From Paragordius varius (lineage: Eukaryota; Animalia; Nematomorpha): 64,000 bases of DNA. The stretch lies in contig OZ176051.1 in NCBI GenBank assembly GCA_964247055.1, forward strand, positions 14,880,001 through 14,944,000. Direction: 5' to 3'. The notes under the pieces were generated by a model, which made no database searches, was not told the DNA's origin, and saw only the letters and a list, made by a program, of their open reading frames with translations. Below are positions 11,071-22,767 of the stretch, piece after piece. Positions within the stretch are counted from its first letter, which is position 1. Each line of letters opens with the position of its first letter. The translations under genes and the position numbers were made by a program.

Positions 11071-13433
11071 ATATGTTGGATTTAAATACATCATTTAACC
11101 TTAGGATAGACAAATTTATATGTTAGATTTGAATACATTTTACAAAGACACCTCTGGTATTTGAATTAAACTTGTATCACTAGGCTTGAACATTAAATTT
11201 ATGCACAAAAAATGTTTTATTTTCACGTGTCAATATTATTAAATGACAATAATATAGATTGCGCATATTTATTTTTATTAAAACAACCTTGTTTAAAATT
11301 TTTATGCCCATCACCAAATTAACAACCATTAAACCATGTTAAAATATTTTTTATCATTTAGATTGTAGCATTTCCAGCAAAAGAGATCTCTTTCCGCTTA
11401 GCACATTTCTTTTTAACTGTATCAGTAACATTAAACAATTCAAAAGTTGTGCCAGAAATTTGAAACCCATATTTATTATCATTGTGGTTTAGAGCAACCA
11501 ATTGATAACAAACATCATTAAAGTATTCATTACCTAGTGATGTAAAATATATATATAATTTAAGCGTGAATAATTAATAAAACACCTCTCTAAAAACAAA
11601 AAAAAGGCCTGGCTCATTATCCGATCCTAAAATCTCCTTAAATAAATGATAATAAAAAATTTGTTGCTTTAAATATTTTAGATATATAGGAAGGTAGATA
11701 AATTTTAAACGAATGCATCTTATAGCATGGTGACTTAAATTCAATATATTCCTCTCTGAGGAACTAATTTTAACAAACCTAATTTAAATGGTTGCTGGAA
11801 TTAAGTACTAAGTGAGATAATGTACTTACGAAATTGGAGACAGTAAGAAACTGATATTAAATAAAAACATAATTGAATAAGCAATTGAATAAGCAATTCT
11901 GTAATTATTAATTATTGTTGGTAATTAATAACATAAATAACATAACAATGAAACTTTTTGGAGTCATGTCACATTCTAAACAGGTATATATTTTGCGTAG
12001 AAGGCTAATAAATTCACTAACTCATACCTCTTCGGCCTTATCATCAACACTGCAGTGCAGCTAGCCTTTCATTCAGAATTTGGAATCAATCAAATTTTTA
12101 CATGATTTATATTTAAAGAAGAAAAAACTTCCTTATATTGATATTAGAAAATACCGACGAACATATTTACAACCATACCCAACTCAAAGTACTTATCCTT
12201 TTTACATTTGTCATATATGTTTGTATGAATCCAACATTGTTACCAGTCAACTCAGTAAGATAACAATAAAAAACTAATGATCAACCTTAATTCAATAAAC
12301 TTCGTTTAATCCTTCATCGTTACTAGAGAATTCTATTTTTGAAAATTTTGGACAAATCTGGCTAATAGCGACATATGGTAAAACACATCTTTATCTGTTT
12401 CTGTCAACATACAACACCTGTACGATTCATTTCGAAAGAATCTCTATTCAAACATCGCCTATCCAAAAAATTTTGACGAGAGTTTCAAAAATAGATTACA
12501 ATTAATATTATAAGTCCTATAAAAGTAAACGCTAATCCACCAAAAAATTATCTATTGAAATTACACAGACAAACCGTAATGACAATAAGACAATATTTTA
12601 TAAAAAAGACAACCATTTTTTTTTAAACCTCGGGATGAATAAATTGGTAATACACCGTTTCATGTAAATTTAATATTGTAATCATATAAATGTGGGAATA
12701 ATAAAGGCATAGAAAAGTATTGTTTTTTTCACGAAAATCGCAGTCTAGTTTTCACGTTTGGTTTGTATATTTTTAATAAATACTGTATAAATAGAGACTT
12801 ATTACACATTTCGCATAAAAATTTATAAATAACATTTAATATAATAAACCTTTTTAAATTAATATGGAGGTGAAAAATTGATGAAAATATTAGGTAAATG
12901 TTATGCCGTATTAAATGAAAGAATCGCATTCTCATACATTTGCTCGAAAAATAAATAAATAAAAACACCTTGTTAGATTTATGAAAGGCTGATAGCCGCA
13001 AAAATTTTTTTATCATATAATTAGTTTATACACCTCAATTCCTGCCCTTGAACAATTTACCCTAAAAATATATAATGTGTTTTTGGGCTAATATAACTCA
13101 TCATAATTAATTATTTTAGGTAATTTTTATAAAAACAAGTATATTTATGATGAGTCCGATTTGTTCAGGAGTGATTCGAATTGAAGGCTGAGTTTGAGCT
13201 GTAAATGGTATATATCCTTACTTAATATAGCGGTAAAAACTTAAGTTTTATAAAAAAAATAGGCAAATATGAGTTAGAAAGGGAATAGCGTATAAATTTT
13301 ATGTAATCTTTATATATTTATAATATATAATTACCATTTCTATATGTGTAAAACTAAGCCGAATGGGACGGAATATTTTAAAGACTTATATTGTTTGATG
13401 CCGGTTGGAACAACTTTTCTCAGTAATCATATA

Positions 13434-14776
13434 GACCATTTCCCAGTCTAAATAAACGTTTTTCCAGTCAATCGAAACATTTTCCCAGTCAATCTAAACG
13501 TTTTCCCAGTCAATCTAAACGTTTTCCCAGTCAATCGAAACATTTTCCCAGTCAATAAAAATATTTTCCCAATCAATAAAAACGTTTTCCCGTCAATAAA
13601 AACGGTTTTATTTTTGATGATAAATATTAAAATATGAATATAAAAACAACTTTTTACCATTATTAGCGTAATATATGGAGATAATTTTTAATTAAAAACA
13701 CAATCAAATGACAATTTTTCCAAGTATATTCCAGTGCACAATCATTAATGACTTTTTCTTTAAATGTTATATTTTTGGAATTTGAGTTAAGATAATATTT
13801 TTTGTTTTATCGATGGTTCGCATTAATATTTTCGGAACGCTTCAAATAGTTTTTAAATATGTCCGGTTTGTCGATAAAATACTGTCGGAAAAAATATCTA
13901 AACGAAAATATTTTTTGATAAAAATGTTTTTGATTTAAAAATATTTAATAAAAAGGACATTTGACTAAAACAAGGGTGTCCAACTAAATGCCTTCGCGGG
14001 CCCCATTTTTAAACCAAAAAGCACATGGTTCCGCATTCAAAATATATACAGGCATTCACATAATTTTTCGATTAATAAGACTGTAAAATACAAATACAAT
14101 ATAACAATTTTTTTAATTCATTACCAATTTAATAGATTCATTCATAATAATTGCGTAAGAAATATGAATATTACTAAGATTTTGTGGGCATATTTTTGCA
14201 TATGGTTTTCCAATTTTTTTGATACTCGGAAGGCCGCTTTAGGCCTCAGATGAACCAAATGATAAATATTATAAAATTAGCTTAAAATTTATGTTTAAGA
14301 TCCAATATAAAGTGTTAAATGACCTTTGTGATAAAAATGGTATATTTTTAAAAATTTTATTAATTCCTCCGTAACTATAGATTAATGCGAATTATTGATA
14401 AAATAAAAAATATTATCTTAACTCAAATTCCAAAAATATAACATTTAAAGAAAAAGTCATTAATGATTGTGCACTGGAATATACTTGGAAAAATTTTCAT
14501 TTGATTGTGTTTTTAATTAAAAATTATCTCCATATATTACGCTAATAATGGTTAAAAGTTGTTTTTTATATTTATATTTTAATATTTATCATCAAAAATA
14601 AAACCGTTTTTATTGACTGGGAAAACGTTTTTTTTGATTGGGAAAATGTTTCGATTGACTGGGAAAACGTTTCGATTGACTGGGAAAATGTTTAGATTGA
14701 CTGGGAAAACGTTTCGATTGATTGGAAAAATGTTTCAATTGACTGAGAAAACGTTTATTTAGACTGGGAAATGGTA
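13434..14776. mobile_element. Foldback-type element: ~395-bp inverted arms containing 21-bp subrepeats, 552-bp loop, TA flanks
   Basis: 13434-13828 is the reverse complement of 14381-14776. The outer parts have ~7 copies of cccagtcaatcgaaacatttt. TA lies immediately outside both ends, and the terminal base is mismatched. Confidence 0.85.
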
Positions 14777-15257
14777 TATCAAATTGTACCGGCCAGGTTA
14801 CACATATATGCGCTACACTCGCTTAAAAACTTCTGCTTATATCATTTTTACCACGGGTTAATTGAATAGTTTATATGAGACTAACAATATAACATAAAAT
14901 ATTCAAAGTGAATTACGCATTGCATAATCATAAGACACATTCTGCAGGTAAATTTTGGGAAATTATTTTATTCATTGAACAGCAAAAACCAAATTAATCC
15001 TAGAGAGTAGCCAAAAGAATCAAAGTCACAAAAGAGTTAACAAGAAATCATTAAGAGATCTTTATACAACACCGTATAATTGAGAAAAATATTAAAACAT
15101 ACATTGTATTGTTTAAGGGTAAAAACGAAGATAAACCAAATATCACAAGTTAATTTTTACAGACCAAGTCAATTGTTTTAATTTTTTTTTGTTTCCAACT
15201 ATAGTATGATAAACTAATAATTAAATATTTTCATCACACTTCTATAAATAATAATAC

Positions 15258-16460
15258 CTGTCAATACAAATTTTAATTTTTTGTCCCTGTCTTTGCTGGA
15301 AAGTTTTTCCCATCCTGTTATGCTCCTAATTCCTGCCCTGTAGGTCCAGAAGGAATGTAATGCTGGTAAAACTGAAACCATTGAAATATTTAATGAATCA
15401 ATAGAATTGTCGTCCAAAATTATATTTTCAATTGATTGATTATATGCAGCGTGTGTAAAATCAACGGATGTAATATCACTATCATGTATTTCAAGGGATT
15501 TTAAATGCGCCCATTTCTCAAATGGTTCCAAGTCTGTCAACCCCGAAACATATTTTAAACTCAATTTTTCAAAATTATTTTCTTTTTTAAAAAAGTCGGG
15601 AATGACCCTACAATGCCAGAGGTTTAAAGATGTCAGAGTTTTAGGGAAAGATTGTGCGGAATTAATAAAGGATGTCTCTGAACGTGATCTGCCTTTTATG
15701 GTTAAGGAGCTAATCATAGGGAATTTCTGTAATATATCAGACAAATCATATTGACCTTCCAACACGTGCAAAATCACGCGTTTAGCGTTTAAAAATTTTG
15801 CAGCAAAAGTTTTTGTGTATGATTCCACATAAAGTATTTCCAATGAAGGCAAATTAGCTTGCATAGCACCATCATAGTTTGCTAGTAGATGTAATGCCTT
15901 AGTGCTTGAGTGATTAATATGACCTACCAAACGTACTTTAATATCAAAAACTACCTGTTGCAACTTTGGAAAGAGATAGATAGTCCAATTGAAATCTTTT
16001 TTGAAACCATTTATATAAATAAATATCGATTTAGCCCTTGTATGTGTCGACAATATCCTTAACAATTCATATGTATGTTCAATATTTGCATCATCATCCA
16101 AAACATATATGTCTGTTAAATTGTTTAGGAGCCGGACTGAAAAGGTTGATTTATAGATACAATATTCTACTCTTGGATTGGCTTCGGATTTAAGCACTCT
16201 CATCATATCATTGATTGATAATATATCCGAAGAATTATAAGCCTTTGTCCCGACTATATTTTTGCATTGAAAACTGTAAGTAATTTTACATTCGTTGATG
16301 CCATCATTATTATCCAGTTGCCGAATTAACTTTAAAATATGGTTTTTATTGGCAAAATCATAGATTGAACCATTTCCGTAATCACAAGAACCGATAAAAT
16401 TGTTAGTCTTACTGAAAACTTCCATCATATCCGAATCGCATTTCAACGTATTCCCAATAA
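15258..16460 (-). CDS. Open 1.2-kb exon of LRR paralog A (LRRCT-like motif plus second LRR block)
   Basis: Acceptor at 16461-16462 and donor at 15257. No stops. GNTLKCD...CDY Cys cluster followed by LRRs (LTSLNLWHC, LKSLEIHDSDI, IENIILDDNSI). Confidence 0.8.
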
Positions 16461-17949
16461 CTATGATAATTTATAATTAAAACGAGTTATTTGAATAGGA
16501 ACTAACGTAAGTATTTAAAATAAATGATATTACCTATTGAAACATTTTTTGATTTCATTGAACTTTGCGGCTTAGATATTTTCTTTAAATATGGTGAGCT
16601 AATGTCTATGATTCGTAATTTTGGAAATTCTTTCAATTCATCAATGTCAAATGTGTCAATAAAATTGTTTGAAATGTTTAAATATTCCACATTCCTGAAA
16701 CGAGATGGCCCTTTAAGTGAAACAATATTTGTGTCATTTTCCAAAGAGGGAAATAAGTGCGTATAAGCCAGATTTAAATGTGTAAGATTCGAAAGTTGCT
16801 GCCAAACATCCATAGAAATAGCAGAGATTTGATTGTTTTCCAAGTTTAAAGACTTCAAACTAGTCAAGTTAACATGCAATAAATGATTGGCGTTTATTTG
16901 ACCGTTCAATTTATTAAATCCCATATTCAGACTTTGTAACTTAGAACAAAATTGGTATTTTTCGTTCATTTTCCCCAAACCTATCTGATTATAACTTAAG
17001 TCAAGAGATCTCAGACTGGGACTGCACACATCAGACCAACTACTTAAATCATTACCAGATAAATCCAATGTTTTTGTGTTATATGTTGCATTGCATCTCC
17101 CATTGACGACGGTTTTAAGGTTGTTTCCAACTTTCAAATGTTTTAAAGAAAATGGAACATTTTGTAAATTAATTTCCAAATTGATAATAAAGTAAGATTA
17201 ATCAGTTTCGTTAAATTCCCTAATTCGAAAATACAAAAATTGGTTAATGATTGCGATGATAAATTTGTATGACCATTCACCTCCAAACTTTTTAGTGATG
17301 AAAAGTATTTTATTTGGCTTAAATCAAACGGTGTTTGCACATTAATTGATAAAAAGGTTAGGTTGGATTGAGACCCCAAATGTTTAAATAATTGTTCCAA
17401 TGCAGATTTAGATATTGATTTGTCTACTTGATTAATTTCTAGGCGGTTCAAATTGGGCAAAGACATTTTTCCCGTAGTATTAACACTTTTAATTCGAACA
17501 TTATCCAACTTTAATGCTCTTATCCATGTTACTTTTATATCGTTCAAGTTTAGCATTTCAAAATCGCAATTTATGAAGGTTAAATCAAAAAACTTATCTT
17601 AGAATCAAACATATCCTTATTATACCCAGACATTGATCCTGAACCACTGTGGTGAATTTGTTCTTCATCGTCGATCGGATAAAAATTTCGATGCGAATAT
17701 AATTTCGCTAATTCTTCCAATTTAACTTTTAACATTTCCAATTGTCTGTCTCCCATGTTTTTGCATTTTATTTGGCTTAATTTACATTCACATGGATTGG
17801 TTATATTGAGGCACCAATCATGAAAAACTTTGTTCGGAATGACTTCCGTGTGTGCTTTAATAAACGGACAAGCGCAGAAAAAAAGTATTATAGGTAAATG
17901 CATTTCACGTTTTTAACGAAAAAAAATTTAATGATAAAATAGAGTTATA

Positions 17950-20900
17950 AACTGCTAAAAATTTCTTTATTAATCGAAAATGAAGATTGTGTAATTCAGC
18001 GAATTGTTATTTACTAGCCTTATACGCAAGTTACATATAATAACTAGTAAATATAAGATATTACAACGAAAATAAATGATTAATATCTTCGAAATTTTAT
18101 AATTAGAAATATAAATAAACAACCTACAGAGTTTACTTAATCGTTTCTAATGCATGCTACCTCTTTATAAAATAAACTTTTTTCGTGATATTTTTATTTT
18201 TTAGACGCACCTAGTTGATTGTAAAGATACAATTAGAAATTGATATTATCCTAATTAAGTAAAGTTATCTAGCCCAAAACTATTATATTTATATGATTTA
18301 TTGTGTTAAATTACAATAAATTATACTAAGAAAATGTAATTACTTAAATACAAATATTTTTTTTAAAAGCTCTTTAAACCTTAATCCTTTTTAATAAATT
18401 ATATAATTTGTGAATTTTATAAATTAGCAATTTAAACGTTTTTTGCAAAAAATATTTAGCGTTATTACATTTATATATATATATATATATATATAAATCT
18501 TTAAATTGTATTGTTTCAGTATTGATGAAGTTAAATAAAATCAGGGCTATAAAAGGTATCATATTAATTAAAATAAATTTACCAAATCAGTAGATAACAA
18601 TAACAAATGAAATACAAAACTCTATTAACTAAAAAATTTAAAAATAGAAAACATTTACCTTAGTTTACTAAACAACATTATTATAAAGATGCATTTATTA
18701 ACTTGAATTTGTCTAGCGTTTTAAATCTACAAGTAGATTAAAGTTTATCAATATGCTAGATTAAATGAATTTTGGATTTCTAATCTTTGATAACAAACGT
18801 AACAATAAAATTGAATACAAGTTTTTTGAAATATGATATTGTGAGTAAGTTAATTTTTCCTGAATATTTTAAAAATTAAAACTCCAATAAATTTGCTATA
18901 TTGAACAATATTATTGTGATGCCCCTACAATTTTAGATACAGTTACAAGAGTTATAATTAACCATTTCATTCTATTTAGCTAAAGCGGTTTTTTAATTTT
19001 AATAAAATTTATATCTTCTGGCGCTCTTGTATTTCGTCTCGACAGTTTTATTTAATATATCACTAATAAAATAATGGCAACATAAATATGGCCTATAGTA
19101 GCATTCGTTACTATGTATAATGAATCATACGATAGCCAATTCTTTTGGTTATATAGTTTAAAATGCCTTATACTATAGCTAAATTAACCATATCTACTTC
19201 ATTTTCAAATACAAGTTCTTTATTGACTCAATTTTAGGTAAATGTAGATTAATAAATGTATTCATCGCTTTTTGTCAAAGTCTTTGGAGAATTAGCCTTA
19301 GTAAAATTAATAGGATAATATAAATGCCAAACATATAGATATTGAAAATATCCAAAACCATTTAAGAAAGGACAATATAAATCAACCATTAGCTATAGAT
19401 ATGAGGTTAGTATTTCGATTATAATATATATTTATTTTAGACGCAAAAAGTATCTAAAAATTTTGTACTTTATTAATCGAAAATAACGATTGTGTAATTC
19501 AGCGAATTGTTATTAAATAACCTTATACGCAGGTTAGATATAATAACAAAATTTTGTAAATGAAAGAATTACAACGAAAATAAATGATTGATTTCTTGGA
19601 GATTTTATAATTAGAAATAACAACCTATTGAGTTTACTCAATTGTTTATTATGCTGCTACCTTTTATAGAATATCTTTTTTTTGTTATACTTTTATTTTT
19701 TTCGCACCTAGTTAATTGTAAAGATACAATTAGAAATTGGTATTATCCTAATTAAGCGTATAAAGTTATCCGACCCAAAACTATTATTGTATGATTTATT
19801 GTGTTAAATTACAATAAAATTAAAATTATACTGAGTAAATGTAATTATTTATATGTAATTATTTTTATTAAAGTACTCTTTAAACCTTAATCTTTTTTAA
19901 ATTATATAATTAAAATTGTGAATTTATAAATTAGCAATTTAAACGTTTTTTGCAAAAAATATTTAGCGTATACTATTACATTTATTATGTATATTTTAAA
20001 TTGTATTGTTTACGTGTTGTCTGAAGGTAAAACATTTCATAATATTTAACACGTTTTTGAAGGTTTGAGTTATATAAAAAAATAAAATCAAATATTGTAT
20101 AGACTATTAGTTATATATATTGCTCATATTAAGTAAAATAAATTTACCATATCTGGAGAATTACAATAACATATGAAATACAAAACTCTATTTACACTTC
20201 GATTTAAATTGGGGTATCTAAATACCCCAGACTAAATTTAAATTAAAATTTTTAAAAAACACTGAAGGAAACGGTCCCAATTAAAATTTATGCTTCTATC
20301 CGGATAAATATTATATAAATATGCCAAAATATCTTGATAAAATTTTGTTTTGAAAAAAAGTTCCACCTCAAACTACTTCGACGCCATTTTTATTTTACAA
20401 AAATTTTGCAAAATATCGTCTTCATTTAATTTTAAGGGTAAAACTAAAGCTTATTTTTTTTATAAATTACATCTAACATTGATAGTAATAGAAAAAGCGT
20501 TTTATTTTGTATTATTTTTTTATTTTATAATTTGACACATGTCACGTTGACTAAATTTTTACCTGTCAGTTTTAGCTCAAAAAAGGTAATATCAAGTATT
20601 TTTAAATAAAATTTTTTATATATTTCGGTTTATAAATGTTATATAAGAGCAACATTTTGCCATGGTTTCGATTGCTTCCATACATTTTAGACTACTTAAT
20701 TTTAAACAGGCCTGGGGTATCCAACTACCCCAATTTAAATAGGACTAAAATGAGTGTGTTGTATCCAAGTGTTAACTAAAAAATTTAAAAATAGAAAACA
20801 TTTACCTTAGTTTACTAAACAACATTATTATAAAGATGCATTTATTAACTTGAAATGTAAAAAATATAAAGATATTATGTATACAAAATAATAATTAGTC

Positions 20901-21134
20901 AAGACAAAATGAATTTTGGATTACTATAACTAATCTCAAACGTAACAATAAAACTGGAATACAAGAATCAAAACTCCAATAATTAATATTGAATAATACT
21001 CTGTGATTTAAAATACAGTTACAAGAGTTATTAACCATTTCGGGATTATGATTAGCTAAAGCGGTTTTTTCATTTTAATAGTTTCTTCAGCGCTATTGTA
21101 TTTCGTCTCGACAGTTTTATTTAATATGTCACTA
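17950..21134. repeat. Older direct duplication of the LRR upstream region (17950-19075 vs 19450-21134), present in every unit
   Basis: Shared blocks ttattaatcgaaaa..tgtgtaattcagcgaattgttat, gcacctagtt.attgtaaagatacaattagaaat and gcgct.ttgtatttcgtctcgacagttttatttaata. The second copy is interrupted by the MITE and ends at the Gypsy LTR. Confidence 0.85.
20195..20771. mobile_element. 577-bp MITE with CACTT..AAGTG termini and TTA TSD (Chapaev3/CMC-like), unit 1
   Basis: Filled site ctcta-t-TTA[CACTT...AAGTG]TTA-actaaa versus the empty paralogous site ctctaTTAactaaa at ~18620. Subterminal inverted blocks contain ggggta..tacccc hairpins. Confidence 0.8.
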
Positions 21135-21373
21135 TGAATCTTGAAATACAATGATACTTTATTAAAAATTTCGTGATATTTATACTTTTTTATTAATGAT
21201 AATTTTAACATGCATGTGCGTCACAATTGTAACAATATGTCTTTTCTTCTACGAATATATATATAAGAATTCCATAATGACTCACGAACATAAACGCCAA
21301 ACGTTATTAATATAATAATATGATGTAAGATAAAAATACAATGATGCAATGTTGTAAATTCAACTACATATCA
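21135..21373 (-). repeat. 3' LTR (239 bp) of the array Gypsy, unit 1
   Basis: TGATAT...GATTCA termini, directly after the PPT AGAGGAGGAAGAGAG, with an internal AATAAA. The outer end coincides with where homology to the empty promoter duplicate stops. Confidence 0.8.
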
Positions 21374-22722
21374 CTCTCTTCCTCCTCTAAAAAACGCTTA
21401 GGAGGTTTGCGGACTCGATTTGGGTAACGCCTGGGGGCCTCACTCTGCTCACCATCCGACCTCAGTTGATCGGCATGTTTCCTCATCTCTATTCCATCTT
21501 CATCCTTTACTTCGTACGATAACGGCCCCGTCCTTACTTCAACCGTACCCGGTCGCCATCCTCTAGATATCTCGTTCTTTATAAATATTGACTGACAAGG
21601 TGTAAATTCTCTTAAGGGTCTCGGTGGTGTACTTACTTTAGGAGTTTCTTTATCTTGGAACCAATTCAACGGTGTGTTGATGTTCCGCTTTAAAAACAAC
21701 GATGCGGGGGTCGTCTTTATCTCGTATGCCATGAATTTCGATAGGCCAATAAAACATTTAAAGCCTCTTGACTCTTCACGCCAGTCATCATCGTAAAACG
21801 AAATTTTGATTTCAACGTATAAATCATTCTTTCCACTGAACCATTTGTCCTTGGGTGGTAAGGAGCAGATGTCACATGATTAACGTTCCAGTTTGTCATC
21901 TTTTCCCGAAAATTGAACCATTTGAAAAAAGTAGCATTATCAGATACTAGCATTCTTGGAAAACCATTTCTCCAATTGTTTCAAAATCACATCAGATGTA
22001 GTACTGCTAAGTATCCACCTCCTCCCATCTTGAGAACGCGTCAATTAAAATCAAGCAATATATACCACACATGAGACCTGCGATGTCCACATGAAGTCTT
22101 TCCCATATTTCCACATTGAAGTCCATTTATATACCGGATTCTCAGCAACGTTCGCCCTGTTCCTCTGACAACACTGACAGTCTGTACTAACTTTTCAATG
22201 TTCTTATCCATTCCGGGCCAAAACACCAACGACCTTGTTTTTCATAGCAACGATCCCCGGATGTCCTTCATGAAACCAAGCCAAAATTCGTCTTCGCGCA
22301 GCTGTTGGGATAACCAACCGATCACCAACATATACGAAACCATCGGCTTGTTTGAGATCATTTCTAACGGCTTTGAATGCGGATAATTCCGTTGACCAAT
22401 CATTATTTTTAAATGCCATACCTAGTCGTTTTAACAGTTTACTCCAAACAATCTTTTTTTATTTGTTTTAAATCCACGAATGCGATTTGTCGGATTTTTT
22501 CGGCCACATATTCATCATCATTGTCTACGGATGTCTGACTCTTTTCGGGAATTCTTGAAAACACATCGGCCATGTTTGTCGATTCCACAATATATTTCAT
22601 ATCAAAATCATACGCTGCGGCCTTGTAGATCCATGTTAACAATTTACAGTTTCTAATATAACTTCCGATTGTTCCGAATAAATGAATTATCGCCTTATAA
22701 TCTAACCAAACCTCACATACAG

Positions 22723-22725
<3 letters not shown>

Positions 22726-22763
<38 letters not shown>
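22726..22763. repeat. (AT)19 microsatellite inside the Gypsy RNase H, unit 1
   Basis: Counted directly; lies within the RH-coding region. Confidence 0.95.

Positions 22764-22767
<4 letters not shown>

Larger units (their letters stand above)
11358..17903 (-). pseudogene. LRR protein gene paralog A (signal peptide, LRRNT, two LRR blocks, Cys-containing C-terminal exons); disrupted
   Basis: ATG at 17903 with signal peptide MHLPIILFFCACPFIKA and cap WCLNITNPCECKLSQIKC. LxxLxLxxNxL repeats in ORFs 17143-17556, 16502-17179 and 15214-16446. GT-AG introns at 16461-16533 (73 nt, joins in frame to VIGNTLKC), 15199-15257 and 11534-11585. Open terminal exon 11358-11533. Frameshift near 17170, frame-disrupted mini-exon 11586-11626 and a ~3.2-kb insertion at ~11765-14970. 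Confidence 0.8.

Noticed and set aside
12000-12520. Possible LINE/Penelope remnant within the insertion in paralog A
   Set aside because: No diagnostic motif could be identified with confidence.
13448-13660. 70-aa ORF with LTGKTFR heptad repeats
   Set aside because: It is only the translation of the 21-bp subrepeats in the foldback arm.
14950-15200. Transmembrane/7TM or TIR region making the gene an LGR or Toll-like receptor
   Set aside because: The hydrophobic stretches come from T-rich, stop-interrupted, probably partly intronic sequence. No TIR or GPCR motifs were found and the terminal exon is hydrophilic.
19300-19420. KHIDI motif suggesting a Copia RNase H remnant
   Set aside because: Only five residues match, with no supporting flanking motifs.
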